This document shows positions 13,357 through 27,511 of a stretch of 64,000 nt of DNA, piece after piece. Position 1 is the first letter of the stretch, and each line of letters starts with the position of its first letter. Position numbers and translations under genes: made by a program. The notes under the pieces were generated by a model, which saw only the letters and a list, made by a program, of their open reading frames with translations, searched no databases and had not been told where the DNA came from. Source of the DNA: Octopus vulgaris (Eukaryota); NCBI GenBank assembly GCA_951406725.2, contig OX597817.1:47244001-47308000 (forward strand), read 5' to 3'.

Positions 13357-13562
13357 CAGCCGTTCAAGAATTTGGACCTGGAGATCTCCATTTCCAGCGA
13401 CTTCAAGGGCCACCTCCCAGTGGTGTCAAGCATCAACAAAGAGCTCTCGCCTACAACAAGACAACCAAATTTTTTTTTCCCAAGGTCTGGGGTCTCCCAC
13501 CCCTAAGCCCTAGACCATCACCTAATCACCCTTACCCATCTTGTTGCTTAACAACAACAACC
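13357..13562 (+). mobile_element. Unclassified retroposon 3' end with (ACA)n tail, copy 1
   Basis: About 205 bp nearly identical to the reverse complement of 27512-27722; ends in (ACA)n. Confidence 0.7.
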
Positions 13563-13639
13563 AGCAACACCAATACCACCATCACCACAGTCATCACCAC
13601 CACCACCACCACCACCACATTTATATCTATTTTTCCTTG

Positions 13640-14100
13640 CTTGGAAGGGTTGGACAGGTCAACTCCAAACCAGTGTCTTGCCACGTTTTGAAGTCACACA
13701 TCATTGTGTCCAAGAGGTTCAACATCCTAATATCAACAACCTTCACCACTTCCTTCCCTCTTGTCTTCTTCGCCTTCATCGTCGTCTTCTTCTCCTCCTC
13801 CTCCTCCTCCTCCAAGTACCTTTCACTTGCATTGTTTATCATATCATTCATTACCCATCTGTAACATTCCATGTGCATCACACATCTGGACCAGTACCAT
13901 CTTCTCCACATATCCAGGTTTTTCTCTCAGCTCATTTATGTTCCATATTTATGTGGGATAGCCATGTATCCTCCCTATAACAAGGCACATGCTCCTGTTA
14001 CTCTATCATATTTTCAATTCCCAACACCTGACACAAAGCTACACTCTCATCTTCATCTTAAATACCACCATCCTACCCCATATGGATATGTGCTTTTTCC
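13640..14100 (-). mobile_element. Decayed RTE LINE ORF2 C-terminus
   Basis: Minus strand RRWYWSRCVMHM...EVVKVVDIRMLNLL..KTWQ resembles RTE RLRWxGHVMRM..KTWxEVVKxDL. Confidence 0.6.
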
Positions 14101-14380
14101 ATTTTCCTTTTTGTGTTTACAAACGAAGTGAAAGAAGAAAGAGTATAAGCATGATGGGAGAAACAGGTAAACAGGCGTGGGAAGATATTAGAGAGGGAGT
14201 AATGGAAGACTGTGACAGTTATATCACACCATCTAGGCAATAAGACAAAGAAAGAAGTTATCTTCACCACCAGAACAGTTCCCAGCTCTCAGTCAAAAAA
14301 AACCACTGAACTTTCAGTACATTTATAGAGAATGCCCTTCAGGAGTGACCAAGAAACTAGTGGTCCTTACTATCTCAAAG

Positions 14381-14531
14381 TACCGTATTTTAATGTGTAT
14401 AAGGAACCCCTAATTTTGGGGACTTAAAATTTGGAAAAAAAGGTTTTGTAAGGGATTATAATAGTATCCATGTATAAGAAACTCCTATATTTTGACAAAA
14501 AAGGGTTCCTTATACACGTTAAAATATGGTA
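14381..14531. mobile_element. Tc1/pogo-type MITE (about 150 bp)
   Basis: TIRs taccgtattttaatgtgtataaggaaccc and gggttccttatacacgttaaaatatggta, with TA at both ends. Confidence 0.85.
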
Positions 14532-14791
14532 AATATGACATTTTTCTCTCAAAGATTGAAAATCTGATCATCAGAGATAAATTTCAAACAACTGCTTGCT
14601 CACCTAGAGTTCAGCTTCATTCCCCTCTATTCCTAACCATTGCTGTCCTTATGAGGGATAGTCATCAGTTTGAAATATCACTGAGACTGCAAAAAGCATC
14701 ACAGGTTTTGATAGTAAGAAAGGAATCAACCAGCACAGATACACAGCTATATAGTAGCTATACTATAAAGTAAAATTACCAAATAGCATAT

Positions 14792-15046
14792 ATCATCATC
14801 ATCATCATTGTTGTCATCATAGTCATCAGATCGAGCTAATCAGATTTCTTTGACTTCATTAATATCCATTAAAATCCCGTATAGCATTTGCAAGATCAGC
14901 AAAGCAACACCCCCATATTAATACAGAACAGGTCACTGAAGGTTTTTTTCTTGTTTTCATGATCAAGCTAATTGTCTCCATGATGGGGATACCAATGAGT
15001 TCTTGCTTAGCTCTCCAGTAATGTCATGCAAATCGCATGCATCTTT
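14792..15046 (-). mobile_element. RTE-like LINE 3' end with (ATG)n tail
   Basis: Minus strand RCMRFA*HYWRAKQEL resembles RRLRFAGHCWR; (cat)n tail at 14792-14827; cut by a SINE at 15047. Confidence 0.6.
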
Positions 15047-15443
15047 AGGAGTGGGTATGTGGTAAGTAACTTGCTTACCAACCACATGGTTCCGGGTTCA
15101 GTCCCACTGCGTGGCACCTTGGACAACTGTCTTCTACTATAGTCTCAGGTCGACCAAAGCCTTGTGAGTGAATTTGGTTAAGCAGAAACTGAAGGAAACC
15201 TGTCGTGTATGTATATATATATATATATGTATATATATATGTTTGTGTATATGTTTGTCCCCCCAACATTGCTTGACAACCGATGGTGGTGTGTTTACGT
15301 CCATGTAACTTAGCGGTTCGGCAACAGAGACCGATAGAATAAGTACTAGGCTTACAAAGAATAAGTCCTAGAGTCGATTTGGACGACTAAAGGCGGTGCT
15401 CCAGCATGGCCACAGTCAAATGACTGAAACAAGTAAAAGAGAG
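15047..15443 (+). mobile_element. Full-length family-1 CORE-type SINE
   Basis: tRNA-like head, gtggcaccttggacaactgtcttc CORE-like box, internal (TA)n, 3' end gactgaaacaagtaaaagag. Confidence 0.9.
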
Positions 15444-16936
15444 AATCATTAAGAAGCATTCCATGTCATATAATTAATAGAGTAACGGGATATCTGTTGG
15501 CTTTGATGATGAGCATTTCAATTCCTCAATCACTGAATTGGCTGAGTATTCCAAAGACATTACTTTTAATGTAATCCCCAAGCAGAACCAAATCAATTAG
15601 ACACAACATGCCACAATCATAAATACTATCCATTTAGGGAGCTTCCACACAGGATCTGTCTGCTGAACCTTAGTCACACAAGGCTTAGCTTGACTACAAG
15701 CTAGAGTAAAAGACCTCTGTCCAAGAAACTATGCAGTGGGACTGAACTTGGGATGTCATAACTGTGAAGTGGAGTTTTTTTTAACAGTTTATCCATGACT
15801 GTATATACATACACTCTTAGTATGCACGTACACACATACACACACACAACCACCGGGCCATTGCGCCACCACACACACACATATACATATGCACACAGAT
15901 ACAATCCTAATCTCATGCACACCCATTCACATGCATATACGTATATTTTTGAACATTCTCAGAATCATGTATACTTCTGTAAAAAAAAGAAAAAAAAACC
16001 CAACGAATGTACATTTGTGTTCCTGTGCATATCTATGCACCCAGAGAAATTAAGCGCCACCCTCCACCTCAGCGTTGGTGAAGAGGCTAATCTAATGAAA
16101 GGCCATTAGATTTAATGTCCAGCAACAGACGGCTGATGAAATGAAGAATGTCCTAGAGATAATTTCAAAAATAGCCATAACAATAACAATAAAGCCCTGA
16201 AATAGCAATGAACAGAGAGTAGGGGGTGGGGAAAGAGAAGTAGGTGGGGAGAAAACGGTATTGGTAGCTGTGAGGGGATATTGGAGATATGGAGGAATTA
16301 TTGCATCAACAATGTCACTCGTAATGACGCTTGTATATTTCCAGATTGCTTTGGTGGAGAAGAATCTTTGAATTCTTAAAGCAAACAATACAATGCAGAA
16401 AGAAGATTAGCTGTGATTCACAGTCAGCCTTGCTGAGGCTGGAAACGAAAATGTTGGTCAGCTCTTGTAAGCCATAGCTACTGGCACCCACTGCTGATTA
16501 TGACCACAACTGCCGATTACTACCAGTACCACTAGCCAGCATGCTCAGAGGCTCGGAAACAGGAGAGTGCAGGGGATACGAGCACACCCTGCTAAAAATT
16601 TTTTTTTGGGGGGGGGGTGATGAAAATGCTTTGAGCATCCTCCTGATAAACTTTGTCACCAAAATGAATGAGCAGAGAAGCATTTTTGGACTAATTTGAA
16701 AGATTACTTTTGTATTGGATTTAACTGATTTGATTGGCGCACAGCTAAAATAATATAAGAATAATAAAAATAATAATAATAATAGGTGCAGGTGTGGATT
16801 AGTGGTAAGAAGCTTGCTTCCCAACCACAGGGTTCCGGGTTCAGTCCCACTGCATGTTCGACTAAAGGTGGTGCTAAAGGTGGTGCTCCAGCGTAGCCAC
16901 AGTCAAATGACTGGAAAGAGTAAAAGAGTAATAAAA

Positions 16937-17385
16937 AAAGAAAGAAACTAAGATCACAGATACTGCATTACCCGGGGATGCAGGCGTAAGTGACAAAGAA
17001 CTAGAAAAGACTAAAAAGTACAGATGACTAAAAGACAAAATTGCAAGGATGTGGACTATGAGGAGAGTGTCTGCCATTCCAGTAGCTGCAGGGGCTTTTG
17101 GGGCACATACAACCAAGTTCGAGAAATATGTCAGAGAAATCAGAATTGACATGAGATCAGAGCAAGCCCAAAAAACTGCTCTTCTAGGGACAGCTAGGAT
17201 TTTGAGATTGGTACTTGGAAGTTGAATGTCTCTCATGATAACTAACAACCAAGAATCAAAGCTTATAATGTGCGGGCAAAGACCCTGTGAAACCTCTGAC
17301 CGCAGACTGCTGTCCGCTCTCACAGAATTACCAGAACAAACAAGACCGAGCCTTCTAAGAAGTAAAGCAATAATAACAAGAACAA
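16937..17385 (+). mobile_element. R4/Dong-like LINE endonuclease domain and 3' UTR
   Basis: KITDTALPGDAGVSDKELEKTKKYR*LKDKIARMW..IPVAAGAFG..QKTALLGTARILRLVLGS* carries the D(I/T)AxPGD..KExEK..KY REL signature. Confidence 0.85.
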
Positions 17386-18490
17386 TCCTTTCTATTATAG
17401 GCAAAGGGCCTGAAATTTGTGGGGAGGGTGCAAGTCAATTACATCGACCCCAGTGTGCAACCGGTACTTATTTATTTTATCAGCCCCGAAAGGATGAAAA
17501 GCAAAGTTGACCCCGGCATGATACAGTTCCTACAAACACAACTTTACCACAGGGCCATTTTCAAACTGCATTTTGCTCGTATTGAAACACTTAACATGGG
17601 AAGAAAGGGAGGCAACCTAAGTGACACTCACACCATGTGTGCACTTCTCACTCGATGTTTGAATCTGTGTGTAACTGTCAATGTTATTACTGTTGTTGTT
17701 CTTGCTGTTGTCATCACCTAGTAAATTCACAAGATCACTTCATAAACTATGTATTTCTAAAGCCACAAGTTAAATTATGCGTCTATTGTTGTAAAGCAGA
17801 CATGTTACTTGTTTCCTGCTTCGCATTCATAAAATTGTTTGTCCTATTAATTTTATTTCTTTCTGCATTGGAAGGCATTGCTTTGTCGACCGGTCACCAT
17901 TACGAATGCAGTCAAACCAATAATAGACCAAAATTCAAATAAATTTGAAATAAAGTTGTTTGTTTTCACAAAAAAAAAAAAACAAATGAATAAATAATAA
18001 AAACAGTGCCTTGTAAAGTAGGGCTACACAAGAAAAAAAATAATAAACAGCATGAAAAAATATTAATCCAATTTTTCAGAAAACAGGTGATAATATCCAA
18101 AGTGAAAGAAGATGTTAATATTCATATGACGTCAAATTGAAGCGAAAGAAAGGAAAAAGAAATATTTTATTTCACAGAATTAAATTTTTTTGTCTCAGCA
18201 ATAAAATGAAATAAAACCGACAAGCTTTGTACAAGGCTTGCACATATAAAATAATATAATCCAATATTTCAAAATCCTTCAGAAAACAATTCTGCACAAG
18301 TCCAAGTCAATAGTAAGAATGAACAAACACGTTTGCTCAGGGAGAATGCAATAATAGTTATGATGTTCACGATGATGATGATAATAATAATAGTAATAAT
18401 GATGATGATGATGATGATGATAATAATAATAATAATGATACTAATAATAATAATGATACTAATAATAATAATAATAATAATAATAACAAC

Positions 18491-18673
18491 AAATTGAAGA
18501 CGAATGAAACTGAAAATAGGTGGGTAAAGAAAAGAATGCATGGTCAATTTCATAGGGATGTTGAAGATAAAACAGACAAAGAAAAAAGATGACTGTGGAT
18601 GACTAAAAGTGATTTAAGGCTGAAAACAGAGGCTCTAATCTGTGCTGCCCAAGAGCAAGCACTAAGAACAAAT
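18491..18673 (+). mobile_element. R4/Dong-like LINE internal fragment
   Basis: WVKKRMHGQFHRDV..LWMTKSDLRLKTEALICAAQEQALRTN, a characteristic R4/Dong motif upstream of the zinc knuckle. Confidence 0.85.
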
Positions 18674-18984
18674 TTGCTTAGCTTTCTGACCATACAGAAC
18701 TGTATTATCTAATCAGTACAGAGCTGAGGTTGATTCATTCAACTGAAAATTCTTCAATGTGGTGCCCCATCATGGCCCCTGTCTAATGACCAAAACAAGA
18801 TAGAAGATCCCATCATGGATATACACAGAATGGCTGACCAGTGAAAATGTATATCAACCAGATATATTATGCAAACATGAGATGTTGTCCTACTGACTTA
18901 CCAAATGCTTTGAAGGATCATGATGGGAAGTGTGACTATGTCACACAACTCTTATCAACTTGATCACAAGATGATGGTACATAT

Positions 18985-19595
18985 AGCCTTTTTCATCACT
19001 AATTCATTCATCACTGATCCGGATCATACAGTATGCTCCATTTCGTAAACCAGCAATGAGACTAACTGCAGAGGGATTACACGGTCCAACCATGTTATAC
19101 CAAAAGATTGGGCTTTGATAACACAAGCTGATAGGAATTTGGATTTTCCTTGAACAGCAGAAACTCATCTAAGCAACCATTAGTGATGCTCAACTACCCA
19201 GAATGCAGTGGTTATCGCTTGTGTTTACATGACTGTACTATGAGGCAGGCTGTGTATTGTTTTATACTGATTTATGTACTCATACCCATGAACAGGGGAC
19301 AAGTGACAGGAAAAGAATTTGAAGCCACCTGATCTCAACAAATGATGCAGACAAAAGTATTTTCCACAGAGATGATCAAGAAAATACATGATGGAGACAG
19401 CTTTGCTGCTGTGGGCTATGAGTTTGATATCAAGAATCTATCATTTGTTCCATTTACAGAGTGCATGGAGATGATTCATTCATCACCGATTCATTCATCA
19501 CCGATTCATTCATCACTGATTCATTCATCACTGGTTCATTCATCACTGGTTCATTCATTACTGATTCATTCACCACTGATTCATTAACCACTGTG
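18985..19595 (+). mobile_element. Probable DNA-transposon remnant with 15-bp tandem repeats (gattcattcatcacc)
   Basis: Seven units at 19483-19592 and about two at 18992-19018. The internal peptide MIKKIHDGDSFAAVGYEFDI weakly resembles a pogo/Tigger N-terminal HTH. Confidence 0.45.
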
Positions 19596-19892
19596 TTTTT
19601 TTGTAACTAAAGCATCATGATGCTCAAGTATACATGTAATTTCCTCCCAAACCATGTAGCTATGTTACAAGTTACTGTTATTCTTCTTTTAGTCACTGTT
19701 GTTAGGAAACTAAAAAGCATGATCAAAAAAGTGCCCTATAAAGTGCTTAGCAAATTTTCTTTTAGATTCAGGGTCCAATCGTCACTAAAGAGAGAAAATC
19801 AACTTAGAACCCATACCTCAGGAGACAATTAAATAATCTACATCGCTTCTGCAAAATGTTTGGGCTTGTACTAATGCTTATAAAAAAAATCA

Positions 19893-20284
19893 TAGGTGCA
19901 GACATGGCCGTGTGGTGAGAAGCTTGCAGAACCGTTAGCACGCTGGGCGAAATGCGTAGCCGTATTTCGTCTGCCGCTACGTTCTGAGTTCAAATTCTGC
20001 CGAGGTCGACTTTGCCTTTCATCCTTTCGGGGTCGATAAATTAAGTACCAGTTACGCACTGGGGGTCGATGTAATCGACTTAATCCGTTTGTCTGCTCTT
20101 GTTTGTCCCCTCTGTGTTTAGCCCCTTATGGGCAATAAAGAAATAAGAAGCTTGCTTCCAAACCACATGGTTCCAGGTTCAGTCCCACTGTATGGCACCT
20201 TGAGCAAGTGTCTTCTATTATAGCTCCATACCAACCAAAGCCTTGTAAGTAGATTTGGTAGATGGAAACTGAAAGAAGCCTGTC

Positions 20285-20290
<6 letters not shown>
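19893..20290 (+). mobile_element. Family-2 SINE (about 19920-20145) nested in a family-1 SINE
   Basis: The family-1 head is interrupted at agaagcttgc, which recurs at 20146. The insert carries gactttgcctttcatcctttcggggtcgataaa. Confidence 0.8.
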
Positions 20291-20328
<38 letters not shown>

Positions 20329-20422
20329 GTTATGAGAGGTAATGGTGTCAAGTAATGCTGAATCAGTGCTATGGATAGACCATAGTTAAATTCCAGATTC
20401 GGTGATTATGCGAATAAGGGGT

Positions 20423-20981
20423 AATAGGCCATTAAGAATGAAATGTCCAATTTTCTTATGCACCAAGTTTGAGCTGTTAACTCTAATGCTTTATCCTGAC
20501 AATTCCTTGTTTCACAACATTGAAGAGCTACATCCTCACTTTTCGAAATGCAATTCATGGTGTCTGATTATGTTGTGAGTTTTCTCTTGTAAATCAATTT
20601 TTTGAACCCATGGATAGATAAAAAAATTTGTGTTGTTTATAAATATGAGCTCCTTTGTAGAACCAATGCATCCCAGACAGCTCGAAACATCAATGAGGTG
20701 TTTGGTGAAGATGTGGCGAATGAGCATACTGTATGTTGATGGTTTGACAAGTTCCGGTCTGGTGACTTTACTCTTGAAAATCAGCCCCATGGTAACCCTG
20801 AGACCAAGGTGGATAATGATGAGCTGGAAACTGTTGTGGAAGTGGATATATCTCAAACTCACTGAGTTAGAAGCAAGGTTTGATGTTTCAATTCCAACTG
20901 AATTGGACCATCTGAAACAAATCAGCAAAGTAAAGAAGCTGGACAAATGGGTACCACATGAACTGAACAAGCATCAACTGA
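20423..20981 (+). pseudogene. 5' half of a decayed mariner element (Hsmar1/cecropia-like transposase N-terminus)
   Basis: From ATG 20610: ..TNASQTARNINEVFGEDVANEHTVC*WFDKFRSGDFTLENQPHG..VDNDEL, then after a frameshift KVKKLDKWVPHELNKHQ. Confidence 0.9.
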
Positions 20982-22246
20982 CACACATTGTATGTTGTGT
21001 TCTTGAGCAAGGCAGTCTATTTAATGTTGCTCCAATTCACTCAATTGCAGAAATGAGTTGGGACGTCACTAGTGACAAGATGTATCGGCCTTTGCCTTCC
21101 CGTTGGACAATGTGGAGAGGAGAGGTTTGTATGCATCGGCAAATGCTGGTCTTCCATAAAACAACTTTGCCCAGACTTGTGCCTTGGAGGCTAACTTTTT
21201 AAAAGTAATCCCATTGTCATTCTTGACTGAAGGGGGTCTTTATACATCTATATATTTATATATATATACATACATGTATACCTACAAACATGCATGCATA
21301 CATACATACATACATACATACATACATACATACACATACATACATACGTATATGTATGTGTACGTTTGTGTATAGTGTTGTTATGTGATTACATGAAGGT
21401 TGTAGATGATGATGATGCTTGTCATCATTATCATGAAAGTGAAACTGTTCATTTATGTTCTTCAATGAAAAGCATGTCTAATCATGAGGGAAATAGTACC
21501 TTGCTTGGAAACAGAGGAGGGTTGACGACAGGAAGAGCATCCAGCCATAGAAAAGCTGCCTCATACAAAATTCTGATTGATCCACGCAAGCATGGGAAAG
21601 TGAGCATTATACGGTGATGAGGATGATGATGAGGATGATGATGATGATGATGGTGATGATGGTAATGATGATGATGATGATGACGATGATGGTAATGATG
21701 ATGATTATGATGATCCCTATACATTCTGATTTCAAATCCCAACAGAATTAGCTCTGACTTTTATTCTTCTGGGCAAGCGAGGGGTGCAATAAATTAAATT
21801 AAGCAACAGTTAGATAAATGATCACAGAGAGGGGGTGGGAGGGGGGGAAAGAGGGGGGAAATCAATTTAATCATCTCCCTCATGCCACCTTCGCCCCCCC
21901 CCTCACCCCATCCCCAGCGTCACCTTTGCCCCCCCTCCCCCACTGGCCATCATCTCCAAAAAAAAAAAAAAGGAAAAAAAAAACCATATATAACTCTGAG
22001 TTGATGTTAGAAATCATTATTATATATTTTATTGTTATTTTTCGAAATGAATCAGTTGTTATTTTAGTTGAGACTGGAATGAAACATTCGTTATGCTTGT
22101 CAAAATACAATGACAATAAATTATATTGAGCTGAATTTAATTTAATTGAATTACACTATAAAACTTGGTATATAACAACACTGATAATAATAATAAAAAT
22201 GATAATAATAATGATGATGATGATGATGATAATAATAATAGTATTG

Positions 22247-22405
<159 letters not shown>

Positions 22406-22489
22406 GTGATGATAGAAATATTGTTTGGGCTGTTAACCTTATTTCTCCCGGGTGTTTTGTTCTTTTCTGAAGTAAAAAAAAAAGTTAGC

Positions 22490-23250
22490 GCCAGCATGGC
22501 TGTGTGGTTATGAGGTTTGCTTTCCAGCCCCAGAATAATCAGGTTCAGTCCCACTACATAGTAGCTTGAGCAAGTTTCTTCGGTTATAGTCCTGGTTCAA
22601 CCAAGAACCGTGTGAGTGAATATGGTAAACAGTAAGTGGGTCGCACAAAACACATACGTGCTTGTTTGTGTGTGTGCATGTGCAAAGGACCAAGATGCTT
22701 GGCGCCTTGCCGTACTCCAGAAGACCTGTACTCTGCAGCTGAATTGTTAAGACCGGCCCTTCTAGGGGTGTAAAGCACTACCACATAAAAGCACCTGTAT
22801 GGTGCCCCATAAAAGTGTCCATGTGGTGACATGGAAAAACACCTGTGCAGCAACATGTAAAAGTGTTTATGCAGTGCCAAAGTGAAAGCACCCAGCACAT
22901 TCTGTAAAGAAGCTGGCATTAGGAAAAGCATCCAGCTGTAGAAACCATACCACAGCAAACGGGAGTCTGATACAGCCCCCACCAGCTGGCCAGCCCTGGT
23001 TACACTGTCCAACCCATGCCAGCATGGACAATGGATATTAAATGACGATGATGTGTGTGTGTGTGTGTGTGTGTGCACATATTTGTGTTCACTTGTTCAC
23101 GTCCACATGACTTAGCAGTTTGTTAAATCGAGCCCAAAAGACTAAGGACCAGGCATACAGTAAGTGTTAGGGATTTGTCTCATTGCCTAAATCCTTTGAG
23201 ACTAAACCCAGCAGGGCCACAGTCCAATGACCGAAATAAAGGAACAGGAT
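22490..23250 (+). mobile_element. Family-1 SINE interrupted by an RTE 3'-UTR fragment (about 22690-23052)
   Basis: SINE head at 22490 and tail at 23090-23250; the insert ends in catgccagcatggacaatggatattaaatgacgatgatg. Confidence 0.7.
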
Positions 23251-25734
23251 GAGGAAACTTATGTAAAGAAATGCTGAGCTCTAATTATGGACGGCACCTG
23301 CAGAAGGGGCAAACCCTGGAAGACGTGGGACGAAGTGTTGACAAAGGCAAGAATGCCAAGGGATCAGGAGATGTGGTGATTTGCTGTACTTGACAAGGTG
23401 TGTCAAGTTAAGTAAAACCACGGTCCTCCATGCATATAAATGTATCCTTTCAGGTGCTGGTGCCACTTAAAAAGCACCTGTTCCAGTGCTGTGTTAACAC
23501 ACCTGTGCTGGTGCTGTGCAAACACACCATTGCCAGCTGATAGAATGGTTTGATGCGTTGAATGAAATCCCGTTTACTATTTCTTCAGACTCTTTACATT
23601 CTTGATTCAAATTCCGCCAAAATCAACTTTGCTTTAAAGGCGACGAGCTGGCAGAAACGTTAGCACACCAGGTGAAATGCTTATCAGTATTTTGTCTGTC
23701 TTTACATTCTGAGTTCAAATTCCATCAAGGTGGACTTGCCTTTCATCCTTTCAGGGTCGATAAATTAAGTACCAGTTGTGTACTGAGGTCAATCTAATCA
23801 ACTGGCCCTCTCCCCAGAAATTACAGGCCATGTGCCTAGAGTAGAAAAGAATGTGAAATGAAGTGCTTTGCTCAACAGTACAATGCATCACATGGTCTAG
23901 GAATCAAGACCATGGTTTTGCAATCATGAGGGGCAACACCCTCGTCACTAGCTCACATTCCTTTGCTTCATTCAATGCAGGCTCAGCTTATACCAGAACA
24001 CATCCAATAACCCAAGCTTCACAACATATTCTCTTAAACTATAAAATATCATGGCTGTCATTTATCCTTAAGTCAACCCTTATCAAACATATATCTATAA
24101 TAAAAATCCTTTGAGCCTTAAGCATCTCATCTTATTTTCACGAATAGTACACCCTGGACTACATTATCTGATGTGTTCCTGGTTTAAGGTAATAGGCACA
24201 GGCATGGCTGTGTGGTTATGAAGCCTGCTTCCAGACCATGTAGTCTTGGGTTCAGTCCCATGGTGCGACACCTTGGGAATGTGACTTCTATTATAGCCCC
24301 AGGTTGACCAGAACCTTGTGAGTGGATCTGGTAGAAGGAAACTGAAATAAGTGTGTGCATGCTTGTGTATATACCTTTGTCTAGACATCACACAATGGTT
24401 GTAAATGAGCATTGTTGTTTTCAGTCTTCCATGAAAAACATGTCAAACTATGGTCAAATAACACCTTGCTTGGAAACAGGTGAGGGTTAGCAACAGGAAG
24501 GGCCTCAACAAATTCCATCTGACCCATGCAAGCATGGAAAAGTGGGCATTGAATGATGATGGTGATGATTGTGTGTTTTGAAGAACATTTAGGTGCTATT
24601 TCTAGAAGGTTGAGTGACTACATAGAGGCTCCTTCATTGGACTTGTGCTATAGAATGTTGTAAAATGAGAGAGCAGATTGACTAAATGTACACATATTAT
24701 ATAACACTGCCACATAGAAAAGACAACAGGTTCTGAATACAATAATATTATGCTACTGCAAGGTTGCTGCTGCAGAAAAACAAAAGGAAAAAAATCGAAA
24801 ACAGAAAAGAAAAGGAAAAAATAAATGAAAAGCCTGACTTCAACAGAGATAACGAAAGAGAAAATTAATATTGAATTAAAAATTAAATTATGACAGAATT
24901 ACAATTACCAAATTAAGTAAAGAAATTCTTGAAGATAAAATTAAATCTGAAAATATTAAAATATAACATTAAGCAAAGAAAAAAGAAAACAAAAGGCAAA
25001 TAAAAAATTTATCTAAGAAGGAAAAATTATCAATCAATAAACAAATTTTCTAAAATATTTTTCTTTCCAGCTTTCCAATCAGTTAATGATGTGGGTTAAA
25101 ATGGTTTATAAATTGAGACAATTACACAAGTTTTCTTGAAGTGGTGTCATTTGAAAAACTGTTATATGAATACTCAAACCAAATAACCCAGCACTTTATC
25201 TTTAATTTTTTTTTTTTATAAATATGTTTTAAAAACTTCCTTTATTAATATGAGCTATCATCATAACACTGTATCAACCAGTCTATCATGTTGTTATACA
25301 TTGCTGGTCACAGTGCATTTCCTCGCATTGTTGTAGCTTTTGAACAATGCCACCTCACTGGCTTGGTCAGCAGGCCAACATTCCCCCTGATCAGAAGGCT
25401 AGTCTGTCACAGGGTTACCGTTTACAGCTGAGTGGACTGGACTAACATGAAATAAAGTGTTTTGTCCAAGAACATAATACAACCCCACTCTGGCAATCAA
25501 AATCACAATCTTGCAGTATTGAGTGCAACACCCAAATCACAATGCCACACACCTAATGGTTTACAAACCATTAAAACATGGGTTATAATGGTTTGTAAAT
25601 CTTGACACATAAAGGTATAGCTGTGTGGTGAAGATGCTTGCTTGGAAACCACACAGTTTCAGGTTCAATTCCCTTGCATGTCACCATGGACAAATGTCTT
25701 CTACACTTGTCCCAAACTATAGCCCCTCACCACA

Positions 25735-25923
25735 AAGGCCTTATTGCAGTCTGGTAACTTGTGTGCCGCACTGACCCTCAGAGCTATGCCAGCACAATGC
25801 AAGCTTCTGGTAGGGCCTCCCATCCTGGACAGGTCAAAGGACAGAAGTCAGTCTAATATGGACCATTTTTTCCCAGAGGTAAAAATGGGCTTGCATGGGA
25901 CCAACACTCCTACCTAGAAAAAA
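25735..25923 (+). mobile_element. Probable RTE (Expander/Rex3-like) 5' UTR fragment
   Basis: The motif ctgaccctcagagctatgcc..ctggtagggcctcccat..acaggtc resembles RTE 5' UTRs as I recall them. Confidence 0.4.
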
Positions 25924-26712
25924 GGCTATATATATATATATAGGTTCCACATAAAAAGCACCCAGACCATTTTCTGAAGTGGTTGGCTTTAGGAAGAGCA
26001 CCTAGCTGTAAAAACCATGCCAAAACAGACAGTGATATCTGATGCAATCTTCTGGCTTGCCAGCTCATACCAAACCATTCAACCCATGCCAGCATGGAAA
26101 ATGGACATTTATTGAATGAATGAATGAATGAATGAGTGAGTGAATGAATGAATGAATACATACATACATACATAGACAGACATATATACATAGACAGACA
26201 GACAGACAGATAAATAAATAGACAGATATATGGATAGAGAGATAGATGATTAGACAGATAGAGAGACAGAGAGAGAGATATTGTGTAATTAAAACACGTT
26301 TAACTTTTTAACATAAGTGGAGAATAAACTGATTCTATGTTTGGAAAATAGAAATATAATTACGGAGATGTACTTGCATAGCAAGTGACCTGATATGAGA
26401 TCGTGGGCTGGAACGAAAACAATTGTAGCGTGGAAGATGTTTATAAGCCATTTAAGAAACATGCAAAAAACGTTAGATTCACTTCAACATTTAAATTTAA
26501 TTTGTCAAAATAATGTTTTCACAGAATAAATGATTTTGTATCACACTCAACAGAAATTATATTGGTATATGTACTCCTAAAGGGAGCCACACCAATGCCT
26601 ATGTGTAACAACTATTCTTTTTGATTTTGTTTTCTGGTTAGTTCTTCATTTGTAGTGTGTCCTGTGGCTGAAATTCAATTGGTGTGAAAAATGAAAGGAG
26701 AAAATGACTTAC

Positions 26713-26819
26713 TTCTTCTTTCAGGTAATTATCAATCATTTCTTGGGCTTCCTCGAAAGCACTTTGGTTGGGAGCAAAGATCTGGAATGTGGTCTCATCA
26801 ATCGGTGTGATTGTCACAC
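26713..26819 (-). CDS. PNPT1: PNPT1 internal coding exon (KH domain, C-terminal half), 107 nt, phase 1/0
   Basis: Minus strand: acceptor ttttttctgttttctcccctgctag|, donor |GTAAGTC. Translates (G)VTITPIDETTFQIFAPNQSAFEEAQEMIDNYLKEE, matching recalled human [36 protein letters not shown]. Splices in frame to the 33800-33883 exon through a split Gly codon (G|GT). Confidence 0.95.
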
Positions 26820-27511
26820 CTAGCAGGGGAGAAAACAGAAAAAAAAGAAAACGTAAAACTTAGCGAAGGCAGAGGTAATAATGGTTTCAAATTTTGCCAC
26901 AAGGACAGAAACTTTGGGAGAGGAGGGTAAGTCGATTACCTCGACCCTAGTTTTCAACTGGTTCTTATTTTATCAACACCAAAAGGATGAAAGGCAAAGT
27001 CAACCTTGGTGGAATTTGAACTCAAAACACAGTGACGAGTGAAATAGCAATAAGCATTTCATCCAGCGTGCTAATAATTCTGCCAGCTCGCCATCTTTAA
27101 TAATAATAATAATAATAACAAAAAGGAGGTGAAGGACAACCATAATGACCACAATGATGGTGATGATTTGAAGTTGGAGATAAAAAGACTGTGGTCATCA
27201 GAGAAGGTGAGCATCATACACATCGTAGCCATGTCTAGATGTCACATGATGATTGTAAATGAGCATCATTGTTATACAAGTGGGGTTGTTTGTTTCCAAT
27301 CTTCCATGGAAAACGTGTAGCTACAAGGAAATATTTCCTTGCTTGGAAACAGGTGAGAGTTGGTGATAGAAAGAGTATCAGTTATAGAAAATCTGTTTCA
27401 GCAAATTGTATGATGATGATGATGACAGACATAGTTTGCCAGTTCAAACATGTTCGACAAGCCAGAGGCCACCACAGAGGATATAATACCAACATCTGTT
27501 GACTTTGTTGC

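Noticed and set aside
17540-17600. Minus-strand ENGPVV peptide resembling the PNPT1 exon preceding the KH domain
   Set aside because: It lies downstream of the KH exons in transcript order, the flanking residues do not match, and there is no suitable acceptor; a chance match.
20630-21202. 190-aa ORF as an intact or domesticated transposase
   Set aside because: Only the middle part is in the mariner frame; the rest is out of frame or reads into a SINE, and the catalytic domain is absent.
22438-22466. Possible 29-nt minus-strand exon ending ..GEIR
   Set aside because: It lacks the LEFGA motif expected of the next PNPT1 exon and has a weak donor (GTTAAC).
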